A DNA stretch of 64,000 nt, taken from Lama guanicoe (Eukaryota). The position numbers were made by a program, and so were the translations under genes. Each line of letters opens with the position of its first letter. Position 1 is the first letter of the stretch. The notes under the pieces were generated by a model. It worked only from the letters and a program-made list of their open reading frames with translations. It had not been told where the DNA came from and made no database searches. Of the stretch, positions 38,575 through 50,689 are shown piece after piece. The DNA lies in contig MU053472.1 of assembly GCA_013239625.1 (NCBI GenBank), positions 3,135,822 to 3,199,821 on the forward strand, written 5' to 3'.

Positions 38575-38686
38575 GGGGTGTAGCTGAGTATAGCTCAATG
38601 GTAGAGCTCATGCTTAGCATGCATAAGGTCCTCAATTCAATCCCCAGTATCCTCTATTAAAAATTTTTTTTAATTAAAAAAAAAAA
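38575..38686 (+). mobile_element. Vic-1-like SINE
   Basis: tatagctcaatggtagagctcatgcttagcatgcataaggtcc; TSD-like aaaagggcaag / aaaagagcaag. Confidence 0.88.
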
Positions 38687-39069
38687 GAGCAAGTAGGATT
38701 GGAGGCTCTGGGGATGAGAAGCAGCATGAGTAAATTCTAAAGATCAAATGCCCTCAAAAGTTTTATTTTCTCGAATTTGCTTATTTATATTACTTGCCCT
38801 TATTTCTTTTGGATTGTTCATCTTTTCTTTCATCATTGGTGTGAGCTCTATGAACACCAGAGAACTTAATCCTTCAACTATCACGTTTGCTGCAAATATT
38901 TTCCCCTGTCTTTTGACTTGGGGGAATTTTTGGATATATAGGATATTTACAATTTTAATAGGTCATTGGGACATAACTCATGGAGCATATAATTCCAAAA
39001 GATTTGATTTTTATGTAGTCAGATGTGCTCGTTTTTTTTTTTTCTTCTTTGCCTTTGGATTTTATGTAT

Positions 39070-40125
39070 TTTCTTCCAGACTTATTGAGATATAATTGAC
39101 ATATAGCTCTATATAAGTTTAAGGTATATAGCGTAATGAATTGACTTACATACATCATGAAATGATTATCATAAGATGGGTGAACACGCATCATCTCACA
39201 TAGATACAAATTTTTAAAAATGGAAAAAAATTTTTTTCCTCGTGATGAGAACTCAGGATTTCCACTCTTAGCCACTTTTATATATAACACGCAGCAGTGT
39301 TAGTTGTATTTATCATGTGGTACATTACATCCCTAGTACTTATTTATCTGATAACTAGAAGTTTGTACCTTTTGACTGCCTTCATCCAATTCCCCTCCCC
39401 TCACTCCCCATCTCAGAAAATCACAAATTTGATTTCCTTTTGCAGAAGTTTGTTCATTTTTTAAAATATAATTGACCTACAACATTATGTTAGTTTCTGT
39501 TACACAACATAGTGATTTGACATTTTTATATACTTCAAAATGATCACCATGATAAGTCGCACAATCTGTCACCATACAAAGATATTACATAATTATTAAC
39601 TATATTCCCCACACTGTACATTTCATGCCCATGACTCATTTATTTTGCAACTGGAAGTTTGTACCTCTTAATCTCTCTCAACTATTTCTTTCCTCCCCTC
39701 GCCAGCCCCCACCACCCGCAACCACCTGTTTGGTCTCTGTATCTATGACTCCATTTCTTTTTTTTCTGGTGTACAGCATAATGTTTCAGTCATACATATA
39801 CATGTATATTCGTTTTCATATTCTTTTTCATTATAGGTTACTGCAAGACAGTGAATATAGTTCCCTGTGCTATACAGAACTAATTTGTCTTTTACCTATT
39901 TTGTATATAGTAATTAACATTTGCAAATCTCAAACTTCCTGTTTATCCCTTCCCACCCCCTTTCCCTCCGGTAATCTTAAATTTGTTTACTATGTGAGTC
40001 TGTTTCTGTTTTGTAGATAAATTCATTAGTGTCTTCTTTTTTCTTTTTCGATTCCACATATGAGTGATATCGTATGGTATTTTTCTTTCTCTTTCTGGCT
40101 TATTTCACTTAGAATGACGATTGCC
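39070..40125 (-). mobile_element. L1 3' ends (two stacked 3'-UTR fragments)
   Basis: 39080-39770 is closely similar to 31995-32700; a second L1 tail begins ~39770 (gtgtacagcataatg...cacatatgagtgatatc). Confidence 0.8.
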
Positions 40126-40495
40126 CAAGCAGCAAAGCATAGGAAATTTGAGTTGTAAACGAAGGTGGGCATCAAGGAGCTGAAATAAGTTGCTTTCCAT
40201 GGTTATGAGTGCTCCCAATCACTGGAAGAGCATAATTAGAGAGTAAATACTCTTCTATCAGGGGTACAAGTATCTCTGTTTGGGTAAGTTTAGAATAGAT
40301 GATCAATAAGTGCTAAAATTCTAAAAATATTAAAAATCTAAAATATTTCCATTCATTCAAATTCTGTCTGAAAACAGGTGAAATAAACATTTATCTTTCC
40401 AAACAGTCAAGGTCTGTTTGTAAATAACCTTAAAAAATTTCTTTTTAGATTTTTAATTGTGGCAAAATACCTATAACCTAAAATTTACTATCTTA

Positions 40496-40898
40496 GGTTT
40501 TTGTTTTTTTGTTCTGGATGGAGTTTTAATAAAATGTCAATTGGTCAGTTACACACAGATGATCTTTCACATTTTGTTTTCAAATAAGTGAGGTAGTGGG
40601 GAGGGTATAGCTCGGTGGTTACAGCACATGCTTAGCATGCACAAGGTCCTGGGTTCAATCCCCAGTACTTCCATTAAAATGACTAACTGAATAAATAAAC
40701 CTAATTACCTCCCCCCAATACAAAAACAAAACAAAAGAGAACAAGCAAAAAACCTACAAATGAGTGAGGTCGTATGCTCTGGCAAAAATTACAGGCTCAA
40801 TTATAACCTCTGGGGATGACTCTGTAGAGGGAAAACCCTAATTATCTACCACCCCAAGTTTATCAAATTTATTTTCTAAAACTATATTTTTATTTAGT
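40496..40898 (-). pseudogene. Retroposed 3'-end (UTR-like) fragment of an unknown transcript, containing a later SINE
   Basis: Degenerate poly-T, ATTAAA on minus at 40525-40530, and duplicated c(t/c)atctta at the L1 breakpoints. Confidence 0.6.
40598..40756 (+). mobile_element. Vic-1-like SINE with 14-bp TSD
   Basis: caaataagtgaggt (40581-40594) / caaatgagtgaggt (40757-40770). Confidence 0.93.
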
Positions 40899-42319
40899 CC
40901 ATCTTAACTGTTTTTAAGTGTACAATCCAGTGGCACTAAATATATTCACACTGTCGTGCATCCATCACTACCATCTATTTCCTGAACTCTTTTCATCTTG
41001 GAAAACTGAAACTCTACCCATTGAACAAAAACTCCCCATTCCCCTCTGCCCCAATCCCTGGAAACCATCATTCTACTTTCGATCTCTATGAATTTGACTA
41101 CTCTAGGTACTTCATATGAGTGGAATCATACATTTGTATTTTTGTGACTGGCTTATCATAATGTCCTCAAGGTTCATCCATGTTGTAGCATATGTCAGAA
41201 TTTCCTTCCTTTTTAAGGCTGAATAACATTCCATTGTATGTATACACCACATCCTGTTTATCCATTCATCTACTGATGGCCACTTAGGTTGCTTCTACCC
41301 CTTGACTAATGTGAATAATGCTCCTAAGAACATGAGTGTACAAATATCTTGACAAGTCCTTGCTTTCAATTCTTTCGTATATTTAGCCGGAAGTGGAATT
41401 GTTGGGTCACATGGTAATTCTACTTTTAATTTTTTGAGGAATTGCCCTTTGATTTTTCCATAGCAGTCACACCATCTTGCATTCCCACCAACAGTGCACA
41501 AGGGTTCCAGTTTCTCCACAACCTCTCCAATGAATGAGTATTTTCTGGATGTTCTTAAATAGCAGTCATTCTAATGATTTGAGGTGGTTCTAATAACTTT
41601 TTAAAACAAGTTGTCTGGGTGAAGTTATTCTCAAAACTGTTGAATTCAGAAAAAGACAACATTTTTCCTGAGAAAAATGTTGCCATACTTCTTAACACTT
41701 CCCCCTTTCTGAGATGATATCATATATCTAAGTTTTTGGTAGGTTACGTTTGGATTGCTGTTAGAGATTAATAGGATCAGGTGTATCCTGTTACATTTTG
41801 CAAAACCACCTAAGTGTTTCTTAGAATCACATGCCCTAAAAATGATGACTGTGTGAATATACCCAAGAAAAAGGGAAATGAATCAGCGACAGAGGAGGAG
41901 GCACTGGGAAAGAAGTTGTAAAGAGTTATACAGTTCATCTGAACTTTACTTAAGTACACACAACTGTAGCTTCTTTATTGGTAAGTTTTAATATTTAACC
42001 TCAAAGATCACAGAAGAGAGAAATGGTGAAGCTTCTGGATCTTTTAAAACTCAAATTTCTTTATTTCATAATATGGTGAAAATGGTTAGAATGAGGAAGT
42101 GAAAAAAATCCTCTGTGTAACACCATACAACTGTTGAAAGAGGACTAGCACTGATTTATATTAAGTATTAATTTGTTTAATCTAAAGTCTTACTTGGAAG
42201 AGAAAGGAAAACAATTACGTAAGAGCTAATTTAATTCCTTTTACCACACTCTTTCCACGATCGTATTTAAGAAACTCAGAGACAAAGTTTATGAAAATAG
42301 AACCAGCCTATTAACAGCG

Positions 42320-42540
42320 GTGCTGTGTGGTGAAACAGCTTTGAACTTAGTCTCTGAAGAAACAGGTTTGCATATCAGGTTTGTCACCTTACTAGCTGTG
42401 CAGTCTTACATGAGTCACTCAACCCATCAGAGCTTCTGTTTCCTCATCTATAAACCAGAGTAAGATTATAGGACTACGGTAAAGATTAAAGAAGATAAGA
42501 GGTGTGACAGAACCTCACATATAAAAAATATTGGATAAAT
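42320..42540 (+). mobile_element. MIR SINE
   Basis: cttactagctgtgcagtctt...ctgtttcctcatctataaa. Confidence 0.7.
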
Positions 42541-42669
42541 GTTAACTTCATCCCTTTTCCCAAAGCAGGCTCTGAATTGTTTGGTTATTTTGTAGAGCTT
42601 AAAGCATGAACACTTGGGCTCTGAGGAGTGTTTCTCGGAGAATGACTTGATTCAGAATTTTTCATATTC

Positions 42670-43920
42670 CCTCCAGAAATATGTTTCTTTCCCATCTCAG
42701 GAAATGGCTATGCCATCCAACTATCCAGTTGTAGAAGCCAAACCTATCAATCAGCCTAGAGCTTTTCCCCTTTCTTCGTCTACCAAGTTTATTGGTCCTA
42801 CCTCCAAAATACATCTCAAATCTAGCCACTTCTCTTTGTCTCCACTCTCACTGCCAGTCTCCACTTCCACCTTTTTTTCCTTTTTTGTTATATTTGCTAG
42901 TTAATTTTTTAGATTCTACATATAAATGATAACATATAGTATCTTTCTCTGACTTGTTTCATTAAGCGTAATACACTCCAAGTCCACCCATGCTGTCAAA
43001 AATGGCAAATTTTCATTCTTTTTTATGGCTGAATACTGTTCCACTGTGTATATACCACATCTTCTTTGCATGTTCATCTGTTGATGGGCACTTAGGTTGC
43101 TTAGCTATTGTAAATAATGCTATCTTAATATCTTAGCTATTGTCAGGATTGCTGCTAGAAACACTGTGGTGCGTGTATCTTCCCAAATTAGTGTTTTCAT
43201 TTTCTACGGATATATACCCAGGAGTGGAATTGCTGGGTCACACGGTAGCTCTATTCTTAGTTTTTTGAGGCACCGCTACAGTGGCTACACCAACAGTGTA
43301 GGAGGGTTCCCTTTTCTCTACCTTCACCACTATTTGTTACTTGTGGCTCTTTTCCATCTTGTACATCTTCAATCTATTCCTACTCTTCAGCAAGAATAAT
43401 CTTTAAAAATACACATCACTCCTCTGCTTAAAACCCTTAATGCCTCCTCAGTGCCCTTAGAATAAAATGCAAGTTCTTTATTATGGCCAGCCGAGAAGCC
43501 TCTGCACCATCTGATTCCTACCGAGCTCCCAGCCTTACCGTGCATCTCCAGTTTACTTTGCTCCAAGCACACTGCTTTTTCCTTTCTGCTCCTTGAAAAC
43601 ACCAAGCTCTTTCTCACTTTTTGCATTTGTGGTTTCCTCTGCCTCAAACACCCTTCTCTCAGGTTTCATCTTATTCTTCAGTCTGAAATGCCATCTCCTC
43701 AGAGGCCTTCCTTGGTTACTGAAACTAAAGTTGCCCCCTGATCCATTAACCCTCTATCACATCAAAATTAGCCATGGTTAGGTTGCTTCCTTGTTTATTG
43801 TTTGTCTATTCTCAAAGGCAAGGACTCTGTCTTGTTACCATTGTATGTATAACACTTTGCCCAGTGCCAGGCACATGTGCCCTTACGTGGTTGTTGAATG
43901 AATGAATAACTAAATGAATT
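42670..43920 (+). mobile_element. L2 3' fragment interrupted by a minus-strand L1 piece (~42875-43350)
   Basis: cctacctccaaaatacatctc...; tcactcctctgcttaaaaccctt...; ends gttgaatgaatgaa. Confidence 0.75.
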
Positions 43921-45260
43921 CATTTTAAAAGAAAGGGCGGGAAGGCTTGAAAATCTGCATTTTGGCTAGCTTCCCAGGTGAATGTGTCAGGGAACAAGTA
44001 GTAACAGATGTGCATTCAAATTAGAATAGTTTGAGTATTGTTTAATAAGAGATCATTTACAAAGGTTAAGAGGAAACTATGAGGCTAGTAAAATGCCCAA
44101 GGCCTAGTAATAGAGCTCTTGCCATTCAGAGAATGGAGAAAGGTTACTGGATCTGTTACCAGATCCTGGAAGGAGAGAGTCCTGGAGACAGAGCCACCTT
44201 GATATAAGCTTGCCCTCCAGTCGGAGGGCTTAGTGAGCCCACACTGATTTTAGAGAAAGGAGTCTGAGAGAAGCAGTTCCATCCTTGCTCTCCTTCCTCT
44301 TCGTGGTCTCCTACTGGGGCTCCCTATTGGCCAAACTGGAAGAAGACTGTGACTGGGGTTAGGGATCAGACGGCAATTTTACCTGTAAGGTTATATTTCT
44401 TCCATTAGAAGGAAACTAAGATAAGTAAAATAAAATATTAACAGTTGTCATTTCTGGATGTTAGATTCACAAATGTTGAACACTGTTTTTTGTTCTTATC
44501 TGAGATTTCTGAACTTCTCATGAACGTGGTGCTAGTGTTCCATCTACTCCCATGGTTAATGGTCTCGGCCACGTCAGAGAACAGTACACACATCTGACAT
44601 GTGGAAATTTTCTCCTTTATAGCTTTCATTTGGAAGGTTCAATTTTCATGAGGTCACAATTGCAACCTCCTCTTCTACCAGATTTTTGATATTTCTCTCA
44701 GCACTGAATGGTGAATTAGAGACAAATTAGAAATATCAGGATGGGTGCAAAGGTTATGACCCAACCACACCAGTTCTAGCCAGGTGACCTTGTAAATTCT
44801 TTCAATTTGTTTCATTTAAAAAGTGGCAATATGATAATGTCAACTACTCTACCAGGCTACTGTGAGAAATGCATGAGAATGTATATATGTATGTAAAAGT
44901 AAGTAAAATCTAAATAGTTATATAAATGTCCCATTATTCAGTAATACCCAAACTTTCAAACTCACTGTTACTTGAAGCTTAATTTGAATTGAAATATTTG
45001 AAAAGGTTTTTTTTTTTTTCCCTCTCTAGCAACCCATGGGCTTTTTTGGTATCAGCTGTCTGTGAATCTCCAAGTAGGTATCCTAGGAAACTAAGAAATA
45101 CAGAGCAGCTTCTCTCTGACAATTCTTGGCCACACTAGATTTCCCCTCTATCCTCGCCCCTCCGTGGTCAGCTACAAGTGCTTCCTTCTCCAGCTGTCTC
45201 AGATTTCCTTAGTTTACCCTTTCCATCTCCAGCTCTCCCATGCTGACCCCCATCCCCACA

Positions 45261-45634
45261 TGTTATGAACTGAACTGTGCCCCCCAAATTCATATACTGA
45301 AACCCTAGACTTCAGTGTGACTGTATTTGGAATGAGAGCCTTTAAGGAAGTAATTAACATTAAATGAGGTCATAAGGATGGGACTTAATCTCATAGGACT
45401 GATGCCTTATAAGACAGAGACACCAGAGACTTCTCTGTGTGTGTGCATATCTCTGCAAAAGGCCATGTGAGGATATAGCAAGACAGTGCCATCTGCAAGC
45501 CAAGAAGAGAGGTCCCTCCAGACACTAATCCTCCTGGTACTGTGATCTTGGATTCTCGCTTCCAGACTGAGAAAATTAATTTCTGTCATTTAAGCCTGTG
45601 GTATTTTGCTCCGGCAGCCTGAGCCAACTAATCT
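45261..45634 (+). mobile_element. MaLR solo LTR (MLT1A-like)
   Basis: tgttatgaactgaactgtgccccccaaattcatat...gcagcctgagccaactaatcta; 5-bp TSD-like ccaca / ccacc. Confidence 0.85.
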
Positions 45635-48600
45635 ACCACCTTTAGCTCTTCTATCCTCTTTCAAGTGCAAAACATCCTAGTTTTTCACACTCGAACTCCA
45701 CCCTGGAGTATAAGAAAGATTCTTATACTTCCTCCTCTCCTCCAAGCTCTCGATTAGACCACACGTACCTGGGAGGGCAAGAGTTGTTCTATATGGTTCA
45801 CATACACCTGTAACTCAGGTGCCTGGCATGCAGACATTCTAAGTATTTGTTGAATAAATTCAGTCTGGAAAGAGATCTTTGCTCACATGTCCTTCTCTCT
45901 CCAATATTTCCAATCTCTCTCCAGTAGCTCCTTATTTTCACACATGCATAAACTTTCCCATCTTAAGACACAACTCACTTGATATTGCTGCCTTTTCAAA
46001 TGTCCTGGTTCTCCACTTTCTCTGAGTAAGTGGCTGATTTTTACTAGCCTCATTTAGTACCAGTCAGTGCTCTTCATCTGTTTGCAATCTGGTATCAGGT
46101 CCATCAAGCATGGGGAGTTAAGGCCTCCCTTTAAAACAGATGCAGTCATCGTTTCCAGCCCTTGCTTTCCTTGAACTCAATGCTCTACTTTGGATGCTGC
46201 TGATAACCAGCTTCTTTCTTAAAATTATCTACTTTTGTGGGGTTGAGGACACTGTACTGTCCCTCCTTCTCATTTCTCAGACCACACCTTCTCTGCCTCC
46301 CCTGAGGGGAGAAAAGATCATGGATCAAAGGTTTCTGAAGCAGAAAAAAAAGAATTTTTTTTTTTGAGAAAACTTTTTAAAGTTAAACTTTCTGTGGGAC
46401 TCACATATGAGACAAAAAAAGCAGAGCAGCTCTTGTCAAATTGGGAATGGTTAACACCTAGCCACACCTGCTCAGCCCCCTCCTCAGTATAACCGTCCCC
46501 ACTCACCTAACGAAGCTATCTAGCCCCTGTTTTATCTTAGGGTTTCAAGAAACTAAAATTTAAGTTAACTGGACAAACAAGATCAATGAATTGGTATTAT
46601 TTTCATAAGTAATATGATGAGTTAAAATTATGCCTGTTGTGATAGAGTTCTCTACTTTCAAAGAAAAAGGCATAAAGGAGTGGGAATGTTGTCATTCAAG
46701 CTCACTACGGTATGAATCATGCAATTCACAACGCAGGCATCCGGTGGCATAGCAACCTATTCAAATTGCAAGTAGAATACTGAGAAGGAACCAATATCAC
46801 CCGAAAGCGCTAGCTTCAACAATACCTACAAGGTATATGAAACTCCCAAATCTACTCTTGCAGACCTATCCTTTCATCCAAGAGCCAATGAACCTAAACT
46901 CACATGCCTTTCTGTCATGTCAGGGAATACCCATACACATCGTTTTATCACCAAACTGGTTCCCCTCTCCAAGTTCCCCATTTTCTTGCAGCTTTGGAGT
47001 TAGTAGTGACTTTCCCTTCTCCTTTTAAGCTCATCTAGTCACCAACTCTTATTAACTCTTCCCTTAGAGACGTGTAGATGTATTGTTTCCCCACTTTGTC
47101 ACAATTTTCATCTGGACACTCATTACTCCATGCCTGGACTGCTGCAAGAGTTTCCATCCTGTAGACTATTGCCAAATTAATTTTGATGCAATCTTATGTT
47201 CACTGGATCTGAATAGCCTTCTGATCTGGTTTCTAGACTGTTCTTTGGTCTAAGCTCATATCTTTATTTCAAATCAGAGGATGATCTAATTGTCCAAACA
47301 TTAGTCAGTGTTATACAAAAGAGGCAGCAAAACTAAACATCACTAGTGGCTTTATGAATTGTCTTGGTACGCTCCCAGCATTTTGAGCTCTGTGACTCTT
47401 GGATCTGACTACTTTAGTCCTGATCTCGTTTTGGTGCCTGGTCTCCAACTGCTTTTTACACTTTCCCTTTGGTACTGAAATGATTATGTTATATATTATT
47501 GCCTAGCAGTTTCAGTTCTTGTTTTTAATGTCTCAAGTTTAGCCACCCACTTAAGACACACGACTTTCAATTCAGAACAACTTCCACCTGGCATCCATGG
47601 CGTTCCTTAATTGGAAAGGCAACTTTTACTTTTATCTGTGGCAGATTCTCTCTTGACGATTTATTTAAATTTTTTTTTAACTTTTCCAGGGCCACCGTGC
47701 TGCACAGCTCTGAGCAGAATCATTCACATTGTAATACGTGTTAGTGGTTTCCCATACTAGAACACACTATGATTTATGTTTTAAGTTCTCTTTTCCTAAT
47801 CCCCTGAAGCCATTCTTTTTCCACAGTTGTGGCTTCTAGATGCTCACCTGTAATCAGGGCCCCACCCCAATTTCTAGAACCAGTTCTGGCCAGAAATGAG
47901 AGGTTGAATAGCTCTAGGACTCAGTGCTAATTTACCCTTGTAATTAGTTCAGTGTTACCCTCTGTTCTTCACTTCTATTAAATGAGCTTCTTTCCAAGAC
48001 CTGGGTCGTAGTTCTGGTATGTTGTGTCCTATTTTGCCATGGTAATATGCCCAAGACCCTAGTCCTACTTACCACCCGTTAAAACTCCCTCATGCCAATT
48101 CCTACTGAAATACTTGCCTACTGTTGTCCATTGCCATGTATTTAGGATACCATCGGTACGCTGGTCCAGACCTATAAGCTGAGTCTGTCAAATCTAGTAC
48201 CAACTTCATCCCAGCAAAAGGGTCTAATCACATCTTTTGACCACTTCTCTAGCCTTCCCCACCATGCTGTTCACCATGCCTAGCAACATCTATCTCAAAA
48301 TGCAAGAGTATTTAACTCTTTTTAAAACATGATGCCCCAATTAGAAAAGCAGTATTCAGATGTTATCTGATCATAAATGTTAACTCTCTTATTACAGATA
48401 CTGTACTTTAATTAAGTGAGTTAAAGTCATCTTTATCAAGCTTTTAAAACATGACTTTCTAAACATCTTCACCATACTGGGAAACTTATCTTCTACCAGT
48501 GGACACAAAATATATGCTGGCCCTATAATATGAACTGTGCTATAACTCAATCATAACAAAGCAAAATTTGGAAAGGAGAAATAGCAAAAAGAATAACATC

Positions 48601-48859
48601 AAAGATGATCAAAGTGATCTCTAGCAATTATAATCATAAGTTACTACAAGTGAAAGTGAAAATGACAAATTTCAATGGATTACCTGCCCAAGTTACTTAT
48701 TAAAATGCCAAAAAGCAATTTCTTTACCATAAAGATTTTTCCATATTTTATTTTCCTTATACTAGAGAGAAGTCTCAGGTACGTTTACTCATATGGTCAA
48801 TTCACCACCTCATTAAATTCTGCAAAGAAAAAAAAATTCATAAAGCATATTTGGAATTA

Positions 48860-48911
48860 CAACTGTAAAAAAAAGACAGTGGGGAATCCTCTTGTTCTTG
48901 AAAACTTTATT
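48860..48911 (-). terminator. GDPD1: Candidate distal GDPD1 polyadenylation signal
   Basis: AATAAA on minus (tttatt 48906-48911) with downstream TGTCTTTTTTTT. Confidence 0.4.
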
Positions 48912-49494
48912 GCAGTTTAAACAAACAAACAAAAGTTATTTATGTCACCCAGGGACAGGTGGGAGAGTATGATCACCCTTCGTAGCTCACAGCTGGCAAA
49001 CTCCAAATGAGAGATGTAATCTAAGTAAAAGATTTTTATTATTCCAGATTATATTCACCTCCCAAAGTGATAATGAAAATAAGTCAAAAAGATTATAAAC
49101 AGGTTTACATGAAGTCACATCAGAAGAGCTGAGAAAGTGAGGCCTAATGCTTTGGGAAATTCTGTTTCCACTTAATACTCAGAAGGATAAATTCTTAAAA
49201 GGTCAAGAGTAGGTGGTTTATACTATAAGTATTAAAAACAATGATACTCACTTTCATCAATTTCATATTATTATTAGGATTCAAGACGTTATGTAAAATC
49301 TAGATGTAGGCCCAGTTAGTCATTGGCAAAAATGGAAAACCTACATTTCTTGAGAATAAAGAACAATAAACAAAAGTGTGACTGTTTGCATTTTAATTCA
49401 CAATTATTAAGTTCAATTTTAATGTTCACACACACACAAAACACATGGTAGCATTATTACACACCTGAAAAAGATTCCAAATACAAGGTCCCTA

Positions 49495-49546
49495 TTAACA
49501 ACAGAAACCAAGAAACTGAATTCAAGAAACTGAAACAGATTTTATT
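49495..49546 (-). terminator. GDPD1: Candidate proximal GDPD1 polyadenylation signal with U/GU-rich downstream element
   Basis: AATAAA on minus (tttatt 49541-49546) is followed by TCTGTTTCAGTTTCTTGAATTCAGTTTCTTGGTTTCTGTTG, about 560 nt after the stop codon. Confidence 0.6.
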
Positions 49547-50101
49547 TCTAATCATGTAATAAAGTTTCAGTTATTCCTTTTGAGTCTGCCTTCTGTCAAC
49601 AATGTACAGCTTGTCAGATAATTATATCACTGATTTCCAAGCTCTCCTTCCACTGTCTTTTTCTCCTTTAACTGAGATGTGCCTAGAGATAACAAGGTGA
49701 CTCAGATAGCTGTAACGGCCTTCAACAATTGTTTTACTAATTAGTTGATCTTATTCTAGTGAAGGCTAATGTCAAATTTACCCCATAGTCTTTGATTGCA
49801 GAATTACTTATAATAGAACACTGCCTCATATACAGAAATCTTGATCAATAATCTTCTACATACATCGCATAACCAATTATCTTTCTAAACAATTTACAAA
49901 TGTAAAATATGCAATATTGTTTAAAATAAATATACAATATATAGTCTCTACATTCTCAGACAGGCTTAAAAATGAGGTAATAAAAACTTAACTGATTAAA
50001 CCTTTTACCATTCTTGGAAATGGCTTGGGGAATTGGTGAAAAATTTTTTTTTCCTTAGGGCTTTTCATGTTTTCTTTGAATGTTTCTGAGTACCCCCTTT
50101 T

Positions 50102-50224
50102 CTATTCTGAAAAATTATGTAAAAAATCCTTAAGCTTTGTTGGATAGTCTGTCATCACTCCAGTTGCTCCCAAATCAAAAGCTCTTTTGTATTCTTGCTC
50201 TTCATTTAATACCCAAACATACAC
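50102..50224 (-). CDS. GDPD1: GDPD1 terminal coding exon (CDS part)
   Basis: tttCAG|VYVWVLNEEQEYKRAFDLGATGVMTDYPTKLKDFLHNFSE-TAG. It contains the GDPD-family C-terminal motif G(A/V)xGxxTDxP and is the tail of ORF-track entry 50102..50344. Confidence 0.97.
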   Translation of the reverse strand: MYVWVLNEEQEYKRAFDLGATGVMTDYPTKLKDFLHNFSE

Positions 50225-50637
50225 CTGAAAATCAGAAACATGAGAAATATGGTAAGAAATGTTAAAATAGAAAATTATTTTTATGGTAGTATGTACGTAC
50301 TCCAATCTCAGCATACTTAGAATTACCCTTTTAACAACCTGCAATTTTAAGGATCATTGAACTCTTTTTAAAAAAAAGTCCACTTTGTTCATTAAATATA
50401 GACTGTCCCATTCCTCCGGCTTCAGCCCTTCTCACCTACAGAAATGGACTCGAGCTACTGAAATGCCAGTACTTTCTTGTTAACTGTAAGGACGAGCTTA
50501 CGGGCTTCATCCGCAAACCAGCAAAGCAGCAGCAGCAGAGTCGGGACCAAATTAAGTCAGTTAAATGTTCCTGCCCCTTAAACTTGTGTTAAACTGGTCA
50601 ACTGCCCTGTTTCTAAAACGCATCATTCCAAACTTAC

Positions 50638-50689
50638 CTGAATGCCTCGGGCAGTGAGGTGGTTGAACAAAGCTTTTCTCATTAGTAAA
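50638..50689 (-). CDS. GDPD1: GDPD1 coding exon, probably exon 9; 52 bp
   Basis: ttttcTAG|T+LLMRKALFNHLTARGIQ|GTAAGT; phase 2-0. Confidence 0.95.

Larger units (their letters stand above)
40443..41590 (-). mobile_element. L1MA/MB-like 3' end, interrupted at 40496-40898
   Basis: ttttaattgtggcaaaatac...aaatttactatctta / atcttaactgtttttaagtgtaca...; ORF-track 41295..41519 resembles degenerate L1 ORF2 C-terminus. Confidence 0.85.

Noticed and set aside
31995..39770. Apparent ~700-bp segmental duplication (31995-32700 vs 39080-39770)
   Set aside because: Both are independent copies of the same L1 3' UTR, with many differences and unrelated flanks.
50225..50344. N-terminal half of ORF-track entry 50102..50344
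   Set aside because: Intronic; the true exon begins after the acceptor AG at 50226-50225.
50400..50560. Possible cassette exon in the last GDPD1 intron (donor-like TAG|GTGAGA near 50435)
   Set aside because: No convincing upstream polypyrimidine tract or acceptor was found, and the sequence alone gives no supporting evidence.
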